From: Catajapyx aquilonaris
Lineage: Eukaryota
Length of the DNA: 58,880 nt
Direction of reading: 5' to 3'
NCBI GenBank assembly: GCA_000934665.2
Contig: JYFJ02002743.1
Span: 1 to 58,880 of the forward strand
This document shows, piece by piece, positions 39,754 to 52,076 of this stretch. How positions within the stretch are numbered: position 1 is the first letter of the stretch; the number at the start of each line of letters is the position of its first letter. A program made the translations under genes and the position numbers. Under the pieces are notes generated by a model. That model worked only from the letters and a program-made list of their open reading frames with translations, had not been told where the DNA came from and searched no databases.

Positions 39754-41484
39754 CCATGGGGACAGAACGTGCAAATGAACCCAGTCCACTTTTGTCGATT
39801 CCCGTGTAAATAGCTCCCATTTTGTAAAGTGCGTGAAGACCCGTGACGACACTAAAAAGAAATCGGAAAAGTAACGTCAGCTGTTAGTCAAAACGGTCAT
39901 ACAGCAGCCCAGTGACAATCAGCCCCGAAAAATAAACACGCTTATTGCATACCCACCAATAAATAGCTGGGCCCAGAAACAGGCCGTAAAAACGGGTGGA
40001 CATAAAGCTTTTTGTCATCTCCTGGTATGGTGTACAGTACACGGAATCGCGTAGAAACCGCGCGGAAAACGCAATAATTGGACATATTCACTCCCCACGT
40101 TTTATTACCCAACAGAAATTTTTTTCTGACTTTTTATTTTATTTTTGAAAGTCCCCCAAAAAAAGAGGCGGACTTGCCCCACTTTTTCCCTCCAGTTTAC
40201 AACTCCTTTACAATTTTTTTTAAACCGGACTTTTTGCACATACTGGAGGCCATATTTCACCTGCAGTCTGCAGGGCACGAAATCTGCATGAAACACAATA
40301 CGGCTCGGCCTATAAGCCCCGCCATTTTACGACACCACTCGCAGAATTTTATGGAGGAGGGAAAGGAAGGGAAAGTGTGGACGACGCTGGTTAATTAGGG
40401 CTGCGCAAAACACTCATAAGGATTCAGCATGATGGCGTCTGTGCCTCTGTTTGTCCCGCGGGCAGCATCGTTGGCGGATACACAACCCGCAATAAGCGCC
40501 CCCATTAACCATCAGAGACAGGCAAGCCGATATATCGGGAGGTAGCCACGTTAGTGGGTGACTTCGCAACTTCCACGCCATCTAGCGATAGTAGACACGT
40601 GAGTGGGTGAGTTCGCAACCTAAACGCCAGACGTCGGAGTGACAGGCTCTCAGAATCGAGTTCACTACCTCATAAAGCGTGTTCTTCAAGAGGTTTTTTT
40701 ATTATTAGAGAATTGTTAGATCAACACCACGTGCTTCTGGATGAAATGCAGGCATGAATTATTTTTTCTAACAACAGATGGCAGCATGTCTCAGGTTTTC
40801 TGGCTTGAATGCCTACGATTATTTAACACGATTGTTTACGAACTCACACGAGTCTGTACGAACTTACACGGCGAATGCTTGCGAACTCCTCCTACGAGTT
40901 TATCCGAACGCCTACGATTGTTTACGAACACTCACGATTACTTACGAACTCACACGAGCTTGTGTGGGTGAAATGGAGGGTAAGAAAATTGAGAGAATGT
41001 TTTTTGCCCCCCAGAATTTTGGTAGGCGACGTCCCCCATCTCCATCAGGCCCTCGCTTTTGTGCCGAGACCAGGCTTATCGTAGGGGGGGAGCTGGAGTA
41101 TACTAAACGCCGGGCGCCATTAGACCAGGCTGCAACTCAACTCCCTATCGTGAGTTATGCGCCTTCTCCTCCAGGGAATACGACTCGCAGATACGCCTTC
41201 ATTCCGGGCTAATGAGACAAGACAAGCAATAAAACTCATCGCGGGAGGAAGGCGGATTTTTTTTGCGCTAGACTTAGAACCATGCAAAACTTTTTCGCCG
41301 CTTTTTGCAAGCCAGGGAAACAAAAATTCCGCTTTGTTTGCTCATTATTTATAGCGGATATGTTGTGCTGAAGTTTTTTTTGCAAAAAAAAATTGCAGGG
41401 GGGGAGGGAGGGGAAGAAATTGGCTCAGGTCCTTCTACCCACCAAACTGGCAGATTCGCAAATTCATGTACGCAAAATTAACGT

Positions 41485-41862
41485 ATATAGAATTGGCTAG
41501 GAGTGACATTGTCGTTAAAATTATTTTAAACATTGTAAAAAGCATGTTCAAAAGCATTGAAAATTTTATATGCAAATATTCTGCTTGATAAATATTGAAA
41601 AACTAGTAGTGAACATGTTGTCAAAATTTGGTAACACACATGAACGTAGTACGATAGGCCCCTACCAGTTGGCGCATCGCCATAATAGTGAACCTGTTGT
41701 ATGGGCAAAGTCACGCCTAGCATTTCTACTAGTTTGTAAATATTTATCAACTTGCAGAATTTTTAGATTTTGGCACAAAATTTAATATTTATTATCTTGC
41801 AGAATTTTTTTACAATGTTTATACAATTTTAGGAACAAAGTCACGCGTAGCCAATTCTATAT
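41485..41862. mobile_element. Unclassified MITE
   Basis: About 55-bp imperfect TIRs atatagaattggcta..taaacattgtaaaaa / tttttacaatgttta..tagccaattctatat; TA/TATA at the ends. Confidence 0.75.
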
Positions 41863-42607
41863 TTATGACTCATTCGTGCGAATATGATAAATATTTAAGA
41901 TCTGTGAAAAAATATACCGTAGTTCAAAAACAAATATTTCGCAAAAATTTGCAAAAAAAATGCATGAAAATAGCAATCCTCGAACATATATGGACAATAT
42001 TCCACATCGTAACAACTCTATAACGAAACCTGTCTGTGCCCAAATGTCCGGCATAAACCAAAGCGACAGCCCAAATATTCATGACCCTGTTAGACCAACA
42101 ATGAGTCCCATTGTTCCGCATTAAAAATAAAACCATTCATTGCTGAGCGATTCTAATCCCGAACTTTCCAATAACTCTCCAGACTGATTCGCATCAATCC
42201 GCAATAAAAGATTCAGCAACTATTGGTGCGTGTCTGAAAAATTGGTGTGTTTTTTGAAAGCTGTTTTTAGGAGCTGTTATCAGAAGCTGGCATTTTTTTT
42301 GAGCCGTTATTTTCTGAAGGAAAAGGGGAGCTCCCCAGTTTCCCAACCGCAGCCTCATCCTGTTGGCTTCAAAGAGCCTTCGCCGTGAAATTCTATTGAA
42401 TTTGGAAGACTTTCTGCTCCGTTGGCTTCAGAAAGAGAAAAGGTCTAACTTCAGACAACCCCTCCTTCGGATAAGAAAAAAAAACTTCAAGGAAGAAGGG
42501 CAGGAACTTAAATCACATTTCGTGACAAAAAGTCACAAACTCATTGTTTTAAGGGTTGGCACTACAATCAACAAAGTTCCGTCCAGGTACCTTTCAATCC
42601 GGCGAAA

Positions 42608-43017
42608 TCTATATACTTATAAACGTGAAAGTTTGTACATATCTATGTATGTTTGTCCAGGCTACCTAACCCACTTCCATACCGCTGAGAGTGATAAGAT
42701 TTGCCACACCAATGTCTTATGAGCCACCAATTGAGCGAAAAGTCCAAAAACGGCACTTTTTTTGAGTTGAAATACCCAAAATTTAGGTATTTTTTTGTTT
42801 TTTCTACGGCAAACTGTCACGCCATCACAGATGGCGCTTCTATGTTTTACAAACTTCTCTTGCTTATTAATGCCAGTGCGATGCGAAGAACGGGTCAGCT
42901 GGTAGTTGCTCATACGTAAAAAAAACCGTATCTGCAGTTGCACTACTTTCTTCGTACGAACCACACTTACCTTTGCGTACCGGTTGAACAGGTGAACCAG
43001 TTTGTGTGTCTAGCTAG
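42608..43017 (+). mobile_element. Non-autonomous Helitron (Lep1-like)
   Basis: A|TCTATATACTTATAAACGTGAAAGTTTG start, tatgtatgtttgt tract, end CTAG|T. Confidence 0.7.
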
Positions 43018-43769
43018 TATTTTAGCATAATCCGTACAAATTGCACCAAATCTGAAAAGTCGCATGAAAAAATTGCGTGGTCCGGATATATCCAAAACGT
43101 GGTACGCTCTTCGTGCCAGAAAACTCAAAAAAAATCTTCGCTTGGTTTTTCGTTCAAAATAGCGGAACAGATCAATTCGTCTGTCGGCAACAATTTTTTC
43201 TCCCTAAAAAATTGTCATCGATTACATTTTTTTTTTTGGTCGTATGTGCCCAGCACGCAAAGACAGATTGCTTCCGTGGCTTCAAAATTGTGCACAATTT
43301 TGACCAAAAAAGAGTGTATTAAGTGACATCGATTGGAGAGTTTGAAGTCTTGGTAGGTAAATGAGGAGGACAAGTGTCTCATAATCATTTCTAAGGTGTA
43401 TGGGGGGGTATAAAGTAGGTCCTGGAGCTAAAGTTGGTCCCGCGTCTCTTCTGAAGCAAAGATCCGTTTGCATGCAAAGCGCGGGGGTCCTTTCAGCAGC
43501 GCAGCACTATGTGAGAGCGGCGGGCCCTATTTCTCAGGCCTGCAAGTGACACATGGCTCCATGGGAATGGCGCTTGTCAAATGTCGCTGGCTGGGCCTGG
43601 GTTGGGGGGAAGGATGGGGAGAGGGGAGGTGGGGGAGGGTTATCCGCACCACCTGTCACGGACGCCCACTGGATAAGCGTCATCCATCGCATGAATTGTA
43701 GGACGTCACACTGGCCTCACCTGACAGCCAAACGGCTCATGTGTGAACTCGTCTAAAATAGCAAATATC

Positions 43770-44630
43770 GGTTGGTAACACTGCCTGTCAGAAACTATTG
43801 GGTTGGCAACACTCATTGTCAGAAACCATTCGGTTGGTATCACTGCTTGTCACCGTGTATATAGGTTGTTATTACTACTTGTTAGGAACAGGTTGGCGAC
43901 ATTGCCTTTCAGGGACCGCTTTAGGTTGGTATCGCTGCCTGTTAGAAACAATGCCGGTTGGTATCACTGCGTGTTAGAAACAACTCGGGTTGGTATCACT
44001 GCCCGTTAGAAACTATTCACCGAAGTAGGTTGGCATAGTGGATAAGGCGTCCGAGTGCTAATCGGGAGGTCCTGGGTTCGAATCCCGGGGCCGGCAACTC
44101 TGACCGTGGTTTTCTGTGGTTTCCCACGGTCCTTCCAGGGAAATTCCGGAGTTGCTTCCGTAATTAATAGGCCACAGCCACTTCCTTCCGTCCCTATCCT
44201 ATCCCAAAAAGCGCTGTAAAATGAAAGCAAAAAGTTCCAGGCAAAACAAAAAACCCCTAAAGACCCGATAGGCTGATAACGGGGTATGCATTATATTATT
44301 AATTATATTGGAAACAAGTCGGGTTGGTATCACTTCCTGTTAGAAACAATTCCGGTTGGTATCACTTCCTGTTAGAAACAACTCGGGTTGGTATCACTGC
44401 CTGTTAGAAACAATTCCGGTTGGTATCACTTCCTGTTAGAAACAACTCGGGTTGGTATCACTGCCTGTTAGAAACGATTCCGGTTGGTATCACTGCCTGT
44501 TAGAAACAACTCGGGTTGGTATCACTGCCTGTTAGAAACAATTCGGGTTGGTATCACTGCCTGTTAGAAACAATTCGGGTTGGTATCACTGCCTGTCAGA
44601 AACAACTCGGGTTGGTATCACTGCCTGTCA
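43770..44630. repeat. 32-bp minisatellite interrupted by SINE-B
   Basis: Unit ttagaaacaa(ttcc/ctcg)ggttggtatcactgcctg; about 10 homogeneous copies 44310-44630, degenerate copies to the left. Confidence 0.9.
44019..44308 (+). mobile_element. tRNA-derived SINE (SINE-B; core resembles arthropod Lm1/Talua-type SINEs)
   Basis: A box tggcatagtgg, B box gggttcgaatccc, core ctgaccgtggttttctgtggtttccc..ccagggaaattccgg..taggccacagccacttccttcc, (TAT)-rich tail. Confidence 0.8.
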
Positions 44631-44639
44631 GGAACCGGG

Positions 44640-44899
44640 TGTAGGCTGGTATAAATGATTTTTTAATATTATTTAAATGAGCGCAACCTAGTGCGCAACC
44701 TAGTTCGCGTAAATTGCTGCTGAGGTAACAATGTGGCTGACTTTTTGCGACGTTGCCAAGGCTCTGGAACGAACCTAATAAGAGGTTTCGTCCCTGAGGA
44801 GTAACTGGCAACGTTGGTGTAGGAACAATGGACTTGCGCGAGAGTGAATACGCACTCGGTTGCGCTCGTCGTTAAATTATTATTTTTAAACCTATAACA
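44640..44899. mobile_element. Degenerate inverted-repeat element
   Basis: gagcgcaacctagtgcg / cgcactcggttgcgctc plus inner acgttgcca / tggcaacgt. Confidence 0.45.
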
Positions 44900-45448
44900 C
44901 TACTTGTTAGGAACAGATTGGGGAGATAAGAAATCGCTTTAGGTTGGTAACATTGCTTGTCAGAAACAATTTCGGATTGATAACAGTGCTTGACAAAAAA
45001 AAAAACGCGACTATGGCAACTAATGTTTTTAATAATTTCTAAAACAGCTGTTTATTAGCAAGCAGCTTAATGTCAACATTGCCATTTTAGCCTTTACCTG
45101 CTTTAGATTAAGCAGTTACGGTTAGTAGTTATGACACGTATTAGCTGCCAATATTAGTTTATTGATAAGCCTACATTCTTTTTAGAAATAACTATTAGAC
45201 CCTCCTGTATTAGTTGAAAAGTCGCCATTCGACTTATATTACCGGTATATCAGTTAATACGTTACATGACCTCTAAATGGCAATTTGCGGCATTTAATAA
45301 TTAGTGAGCATTAATCACTATGGATAATAATTCAGCGGGAAAAGCATTATTTATAGCTGAATATCTCCCTGGAAATTGCCTCATCGTGATTGGCTCTATC
45401 GGTGCTGACTTCCGTCCAAATAACATCCGGTACAATCATTGCGATTGG

Positions 45449-45561
45449 GTGGAATCTTCGTCCCACTGCTAGTTACTGCTGCTAACTTAGCAGTGTCACC
45501 AGTATTGGCAAATGCACTGCTAAGTTAGCAAGTAACTAGCACAGTGGGATGAAAATTCCAC
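45449..45561. mobile_element. 113-bp palindromic MITE-like element, family H
   Basis: gtggaat..cccactgctagttactgc..ctaacttagcagtg / cactgctaagttagc..gtaactagc..cagtgggatgaaaattccac; related copies at 57700-57795 and 58392-58486. Confidence 0.75.
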
Positions 45562-46619
45562 TCCTTGACCACATGAGCAGCCAATTTTGCGACAATCGGG
45601 CCCGTATACGAGTATTTTTTAACCCTTAGTTAGCGAGGTCGGGGCAACTGGCCCCCTTATTTTTGCGTTAAAAATCCGGGTTCAGTTTCTTAGAGTTATC
45701 CGGTACAGTCAAATGGAGCGAATTGTGTTGACTCCCACCCTTGGCAAAGCTTTGCCAGGTAAACAATCAGCTCTGGATTTGTCCGAGGCGACATCTGATC
45801 TGCCAATTTATGTCCCCAAATTTCTGCGAGACCAAAAAAACGGGGCTTAAAATAGTGGTGGGGTGGGGTGGGGGGCTAATCTGCATCCTCCCCCCCCCCC
45901 CTTTCAAATCGGCTTAAATTGTCGAAAATAGAGTGTGGAGGGGGGGGGGGGAGTGTGCCAATTTTTACAGAGTGAGGGAAAGGTCGGTTGATCAAGTTGC
46001 TAGAGTTGGACACGACCCGGATGAAATATTCATACGGTGGTGACAGTCTGGCTGTCAAGATGAGTTGTCAAACGCGCCTCCCTCGTTGACAACCCCGGTT
46101 GGACAACTTTGGTCCAACTCGGTCTGAACACTGCCGGAGACATGTTCAGTCTGGATGGACTCGGATCCGATTTTATTTGACACAGCCCGTTATTACATTT
46201 CAGGCTTAAAGTTCACGGCCACGCTCCTATAGCGGGGTACGCAATAGCATAGCTGTTGAATGCAACACAGCGCTGCACTTTTTGGGGGGTCATTTTTAAC
46301 GCAGCAGTCCGCTAGAGTTCAACGAACTTTTCGGCAAATATTGATACAATATGGAAATGGTTCAATCCGGGTCGTTTTTAACATAGCAAGCAGTTAACTG
46401 CTGGCTAGTTATTAATAATACAAACTTCTTTAACGCAATAGCAGTTAATCTCCACACACAAAAAATCAGTAAATGTGCAAGAATTTTTACTGATAAAGTC
46501 AGACTTCTGCAATTGACTCAGGACTAGAAAAAATTGGCAAAATTATTTTAAAAATGTAAATTTTAAAGCAATTTTGAACTCGCTATCTATTAATCATTGG
46601 ACTTTAAACTTTTGATTTG

Positions 46620-46770
46620 AGCCACTTGCACCGCAACCGGAAAACACTTTCCGGCCGGAAAATAGTGCCAGAAAAGCATGCTTCCAACTGTGACGTCAAC
46701 AATGAATGACAAACTTTTCCGGCCATATTCCAACCTGAAAAATAATGTTTACTGGCTGTGGTGCAACCGT
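46620..46770. mobile_element. Old Harbinger-like MITE with ttccggccggaa boxes
   Basis: ttgcaccgca.. / ..tgtggtgcaa ends; shares its core motif with the 31643-32820 satellite. Confidence 0.5.
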
Positions 46771-47081
46771 ATTATAAACATCACAATTTTATGCGCTTTG
46801 ACTGTTTACCGGGTTAGAGTGGGACCTTTAAAACAACCAAATATTAAAAATTGCTAAGTGATTATTAAATATTGCAACAACACTCTAATATATTAACTTC
46901 AGAAACAGAAGAACGGCTATCGGTATGTGAACAAACCGCGAGTAAATAGGAGCGATCGCAGTTATTGGTGTTAAAAATAGCAGTTATGTCTGAAATATTT
47001 TTGTTATAATTTTTAACATGCTAACCGAGCAAATGAACTGACAGTGACTAGAAATCTAAGAACTGTACTAGGTGCATAGTA

Positions 47082-47243
47082 CAGTGCTGACCATATATCG
47101 AGGCAACGACTAGCGACATTTTCCCGAAGCGGCAGAAGAAGGAATCGAAGATAAGCATCCTACAAGCCGGGCGAGCAAGATTCCTTCTTCTGCCGCTTCG
47201 GAAAAATGTCGCTAGTCGTTGCCTCGATATATGGCCAGCACTG
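47082..47243. mobile_element. Tc1/mariner-type hairpin MITE
   Basis: About 68-bp TIRs cagtgctgaccatatatcgaggcaacg.. / ..cgttgcctcgatatatggccagcactg, TA TSD. Confidence 0.9.
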
Positions 47244-47936
47244 TACGCCATGCATATCTAAGAATTAACCAGAGTTTAATTGGCGCTGTTTGCACACCAA
47301 GGAATCCGGTACAACCAATAAAATCCGGTCACTTTTCCCCAGCAAAAATCACTCCAGATTCCGTCTCAAGATGGCGAATCCGGGTTTTTCGAAATCCTCA
47401 CAAAAAAAAGCCCCAGTAAATCCTCGTTTTTTTTCGACCAGTAAAAAAAATCCGGTGGTTACTGCCTTGTCCTCACGTCCTCTTTTTTTCTCTCCCTTTG
47501 CTTCTTCCGCGTCTCCTGATTGGATGTCTGAACGCACAATCGATACTCGGCCAATACTATTCCGCATCGTTGGACTGACCTATGTCACCTTGCCTCAAAC
47601 CGGACCAATCCCCTGCGCAGAAAATGAAAACGTCAAAACCTGTAACAAGAAGTGATCCGGGTTCACACAAGTGGCCGAATCCGGGAGAGAGAGAGAAAAA
47701 TAAAGAAAAAGTTTTATCCGGAGGTTTGGTTTCGAGTCTCCAGAGACCTCTGCCGCCTGGAGGCAGACCCACTTCTTACCCCCATCAACCAGTAAAAAAG
47801 AAAGAAAGAAAAAAAACGGGAGTAAAAAAAGAGAGAGAAATCCGCTTTGTGTCGAATGGATGTCCCCTGACCCAAATCGGGTTCGATTACAGGGCATTAC
47901 AAGAACGACTGCGGTTTAACCGGCCGTTTTTTTGAT

Positions 47937-49530
47937 CCGGTTGCATCAACGGCTGGTACATCACAACGGCCGGTTAGCATTTTTACTGCCCGTGATCTGA
48001 ACACGCAACAATTAACCCAAACTTTTCGTACTAGCATACATGACACAGCCCAATGGCCTAAAACGGGCCGTATAACATTTACTGTCCACAGTGGGTAAAT
48101 AATTTACTGGACATGGTGCACAGGTAAGTGATATGCAACCAGTAAAGTCCACAATTGGGTCTTGACATAAACAGGCCGTAACTCATGCACTGCATGTGGT
48201 GACCCGTGGCGAACTGGCCGGAACATTTACCCCAGCATTAACCGGCCGTAAAGTATTTACTACCCTTGGTGCAACCGGTAGTACATTTAACTCCACAGTT
48301 AAGGACAGGTACACCCAGTCCACAATCGGGACTTGACATTAACCGGCCGTAAATCACACACTGCCTGTGGTGCACTGGCCGGAACATTTACCCCAGTTTA
48401 GTTCGTAATTATGATCGACATTAACCAACAGTAAAATATTTGACTACCCATGGTGCAACCGGCCGTACATCCACCCCCACAGTTAAAAGGACAGGTAAAA
48501 TCAGGTAATATACACCCAGTCAAGCCGAGGATAGGTTCTTGACAAACCGGCCGTAAATTATTTACTGCCCGTGGTGCACTGGCTGGAAGAGCATTTACCA
48601 CAGTTTAGTTCACGATCGACATTAACCGACAGTAAAATCATTTACTTCCCGATGTTCACTGGCAAGAACATTTGCCGTAATTTAGTTCATGATCGGGTCA
48701 CGACATTAACCAGCCGTAAATCATTTACTGCCCGTTTTGAACACGGTCGAAACATTACATTACACAAACTATGCATGCACTTTACAGGTATAATACATGA
48801 ACTAAACTGGGGTAAATGTAGGGTACGGGTCAGGTGGAAGTAAATTACTTTACTGACGGTTAATGTTATCGGCTCTAAACATTAACCGGCCGTAAATCAT
48901 TTACTGTCCGTGGTGCACCAGGCCTGTGCCTTACATTAATCACAGTTTAGTACATGATTGGGTCACGACATTAACCGGCCGTTAATAATATAACTGGCCA
49001 TGGTGCAAACAAGCGATTAACCGGAGATAAGTCCCAACTTTCTGTCGGCACAGCCCAGTCAACATTAACCAGCCGTAAATCATTTACTGGCTGTGGTGCA
49101 CCTAGGGGATTAACCGGAGGTTTATTCTGACTTGGTCACGCTGGTCACGAACTTGTTGTCGACACAGCACGATCACATTAACCGGCCGTTAGTAATTTAC
49201 TGGTCATGGTGTAATCAGGCGATTAACCGGTGGTAAATCCAAACTTTCTGTCGGCACTGCGCGGTCACAACATTAACCGGCCGTTAATAATTTATTGGTC
49301 ACGGTGTAACCAGGGGATTAGCCGGAGGTAAATCCGAACTTTTTGTCGACACAGCACGATCACATTAACCGGCCGTAAATCATTCATTGGCCGTGGTACA
49401 ACCGGGCGATTAACCGGCGGTAAATCCGAACTTGGTTACGAACTTTTTGTCGACCCAGCAAGGTCGCAACATTAACCGAGCGTTAATATACAGGCCATGG
49501 TGCAACCAGGCGATTAACCGGAGGTAAATG
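47937..49530. repeat. Tandem array of Harbinger-like terminal modules
   Basis: Many direct copies of ttaaccggccgtaaatcatttactggccgtggtgcaacc; one inverted copy at the left end (ccggttgcatcaacggctgg..acggccggtta). Confidence 0.8.
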
Positions 49531-49851
49531 CACACATTGTCCCTCACTTTTTGTCGCCACAGCGCGGTCCGTTTGAACAAAACATATCCACTTTACCTGT
49601 GGGTGGCAGCAGCAGTGCGACGTAGACAAGCACCAGTAGCACCGTGGCAGGTTGCGACCCGGGTGCCCCAGCACCCACAACACCCATAGCACCACCCTGC
49701 TCGCACATGACGGTCACCAATCACCACCCATTAGCACAACCACATTCCCGCCACTTGTCACTTTCTATACAACAACCAATCGCAGGAAAAACAATTTGTC
49801 ACTATTTTTTTTGTCACAGTTGCTGTCACGGCATGGGTGTCACGCACTTAC

Positions 49852-49863
49852 GCACTTATCCAT
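49852..49863 (-). CDS. Candidate coding part of a first exon (Met-Asp-Lys-Cys) of an unidentified gene
   Basis: First ATG after the Inr, aaaaATG context, ATG GAT AAG TGC then a GTAAGT donor (49851-49846, phase 0); no downstream exon recognised. Confidence 0.4.
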
Positions 49864-49897
49864 TTTTATCTGTCGATTTATTATGCTGGAGAGGTCT

Positions 49898-50030
49898 GAT
49901 GCGTGTCGGGCTGAGGCTCGACGCAGACTGAAAGCCCGACGCTCCCGACGCCCCCCGTCGGCCACTCGGCTCGGCCCCGTTCGGCTCGTTTCGTCACCAC
50001 TCGTCACCTATCGACCCCTTTTGCCAAAAC

Positions 50031-50062
<32 letters not shown>

Positions 50063-50200
50063 CACCACCCACCCCCATCCTCCTTCCTGCTTCTTTTCTT
50101 ATTCAAACTTGGCCCCCCACACGCCTAAACAGGCCAGCCGCAAATTTGACCCTGCCAATTGCTTCCCTCCGTTATCGTCAGGCCACGCCCCACTTTCACA
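49898..50200 (-). promoter_or_regulatory. Candidate Pol II core promoter (GAGA + Inr + DPE-like)
   Basis: Inr TCAGTC with +1 at 49929; GCATC (DSWYV) at +28..+32; (GA)n 50031-50058; CpG-rich; ccacgccccc box at about 50183. Confidence 0.45.
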
Positions 50201-50229
50201 CCTGGACACGTCAAACAACTTGATTTTTT

Positions 50230-51730
50230 TTTGACCCAATAGTACTTTAAAAGCTCGTTCACTATACCTTCCAACGTTTGATTCTGAAAAAAAAGTAGCT
50301 GGATTGTGCATACGGGCCTATTCACACAGCCGCTTCTTTTTCTCAAACTAGCTTTAAAAGCTCGTTCGTGGGTCCAAAAAAAACGCAGTTTGTTTTTGAA
50401 TTGTTCAGGTGTAACTTCTAATACTTTCTTTGGGACAAATGTGAACAGGATTATTCACACATCCGCTTCTTTTTCTCAAACCAGCTTTAAAAGCTAGTTT
50501 GTAGGTCAAAAAAACGCAGTTTGTTTTTGAATTGTCCAGGTGTGACTTTTAATATTTTCTTTGATTTTTTTTAAAAAAATGGATGCCCATACATGCCTAT
50601 TCACACAGCCGCTTTTTTTCCTCAAACTTGCTTTAAAAGCTCGTTCTTGGGGGGAAATGCGGCTTGAGTCGGAAGTGTCCAACTTCTAATATTTTTTTGG
50701 GAAAAATATGTGGATGTCCATGACGGCCTATTCACACAGCTGCTTCTTTTTCTCAACCTAGCTTTAAAAGCTCGTTTGTGAGACAAAAAAACGCTGCTTG
50801 TTTTGTTTTTTTAATTATTGTCCAGGTGTAACTTCTAATGTTTGCTTGGAAAAATGCGGCTGCGTGTATTCACATAGCCGATTCTTTTTCTCAAATTAGC
50901 TTTAAAAGCTCGTTCCTGGGAAAAACGCGGCTTGTGCGTGTCGGAAGTGTCCAACTTCTAATATATATTTTTTGGAAAATATGTGGATGTCCATGCCGGC
51001 CTATTCACACAGCCGCTTCTTTTTCTCTAACTAGCTTTAAACGCTCATTCATGGGACAACAGAAAGCACGACTTGGGTTCAGGTTTATAGCTTCTAATAC
51101 TTTCTTGGAAAAAATTTGGATGGATGATATACGGTCAGCCTATTCACGCAGCCGCTTCTTTTGTTCAAACTACCCAAATAGCTTTAAAAGCTCGTTCTTG
51201 GGTCAAATGAACGCGGCTTGTGTCGGAAGTAAGGTTTAACTTCTAAGGCCCGATTATCTCGAACAGTGGTTCAAAATATAAACCCGGTTCAAGTCCGCGG
51301 TTTAATCCCAGTTCAGAGTCTGGGATTAAACCATCTGAACTGGGAATTAAACCGGACTTGAACCGAGTTTACAACCACTGTTCGAGAAATCGGGTCTAAA
51401 TGTTTGTTGGAAAAATGTGGCTGGGTGTGCCTATTCACACAGCTGCTTTCCGCCCCCTCAACAAGCTTTAAAAGTACGGTACGTTCGGTTTGGCTTATGT
51501 TTGCTTGGAAAAGTTCTTCGTACAGCCGCGTTTTCTTTTTTTGTCCGAATCGCGCTTTAAAAGCTCGAACACTGTAGCTCGTAATGTTTGATTGGGGAAA
51601 AAACAACTTGGCCGGGTATGTATGCAAAGCCTATTCGCACAGTCGTGTTTTTTTTTCTTCTTCTTCTTCAATTGGCTTTTAAAGCTCACTTTATTACATA
51701 GCTAGTAAAAACACGCTTCTAAAGCTTGTG
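50230..51730. repeat. Tandem repeat, unit about 130-147 bp
   Basis: tattcacacagccgcttc..agctttaaaagctcgtt at about 50319, 50452, 50598, 50728, 50867, 51001, 51140, 51431, 51631. Confidence 0.85.
51247..51396. mobile_element. PIF/Harbinger hairpin MITE, family F copy 2
   Basis: Same termini as 11410-11551, TAA TSD; inserted at the cttctaa site that is empty in neighbouring tandem units. Confidence 0.9.
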
Positions 51731-52076
51731 TTAATAAAAAAAAGAAGTGGTTCACAATATTATATACCTTAAGTTGAGTTTAAAAAGAAAGTGGCTCTGA
51801 GAACAGAATAATGCAGGCGCTTTGAAACAACTGCGTTTTATTCCCTTACTTTAGAAGCTCAATTTGGGATGTAAAATTGATCCGTCACTGTCACACTGTC
51901 ACGGCCTAAGTCGTCACTCAACCACACGCCAATGTAAGCTACATAAAGGCTACTGGACACTTGCATTTTCCATCGCGTCACGTGAGCAACTACCAATGTC
52001 ACGCACCGTCACGAATATTGCCCCACGTAACGTTACTAACGACACCGTTACGTTGTGCCATGCACCGTCACATTGT

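Noticed and set aside
44025..44098. tRNA-Ser(GCT)-like gene
   Set aside because: No paired acceptor stem or long variable arm; runs into a SINE body and tail
44310..44630. CRISPR-like 32-bp repeats
   Set aside because: Head-to-tail units without unique spacers, no cas genes, eukaryotic context
47055..47264. 8-bp direct repeat tctaagaa as a hAT TSD
   Set aside because: No hAT-like TIRs inside it; the CAGTG/TA mariner-type boundaries explain the element
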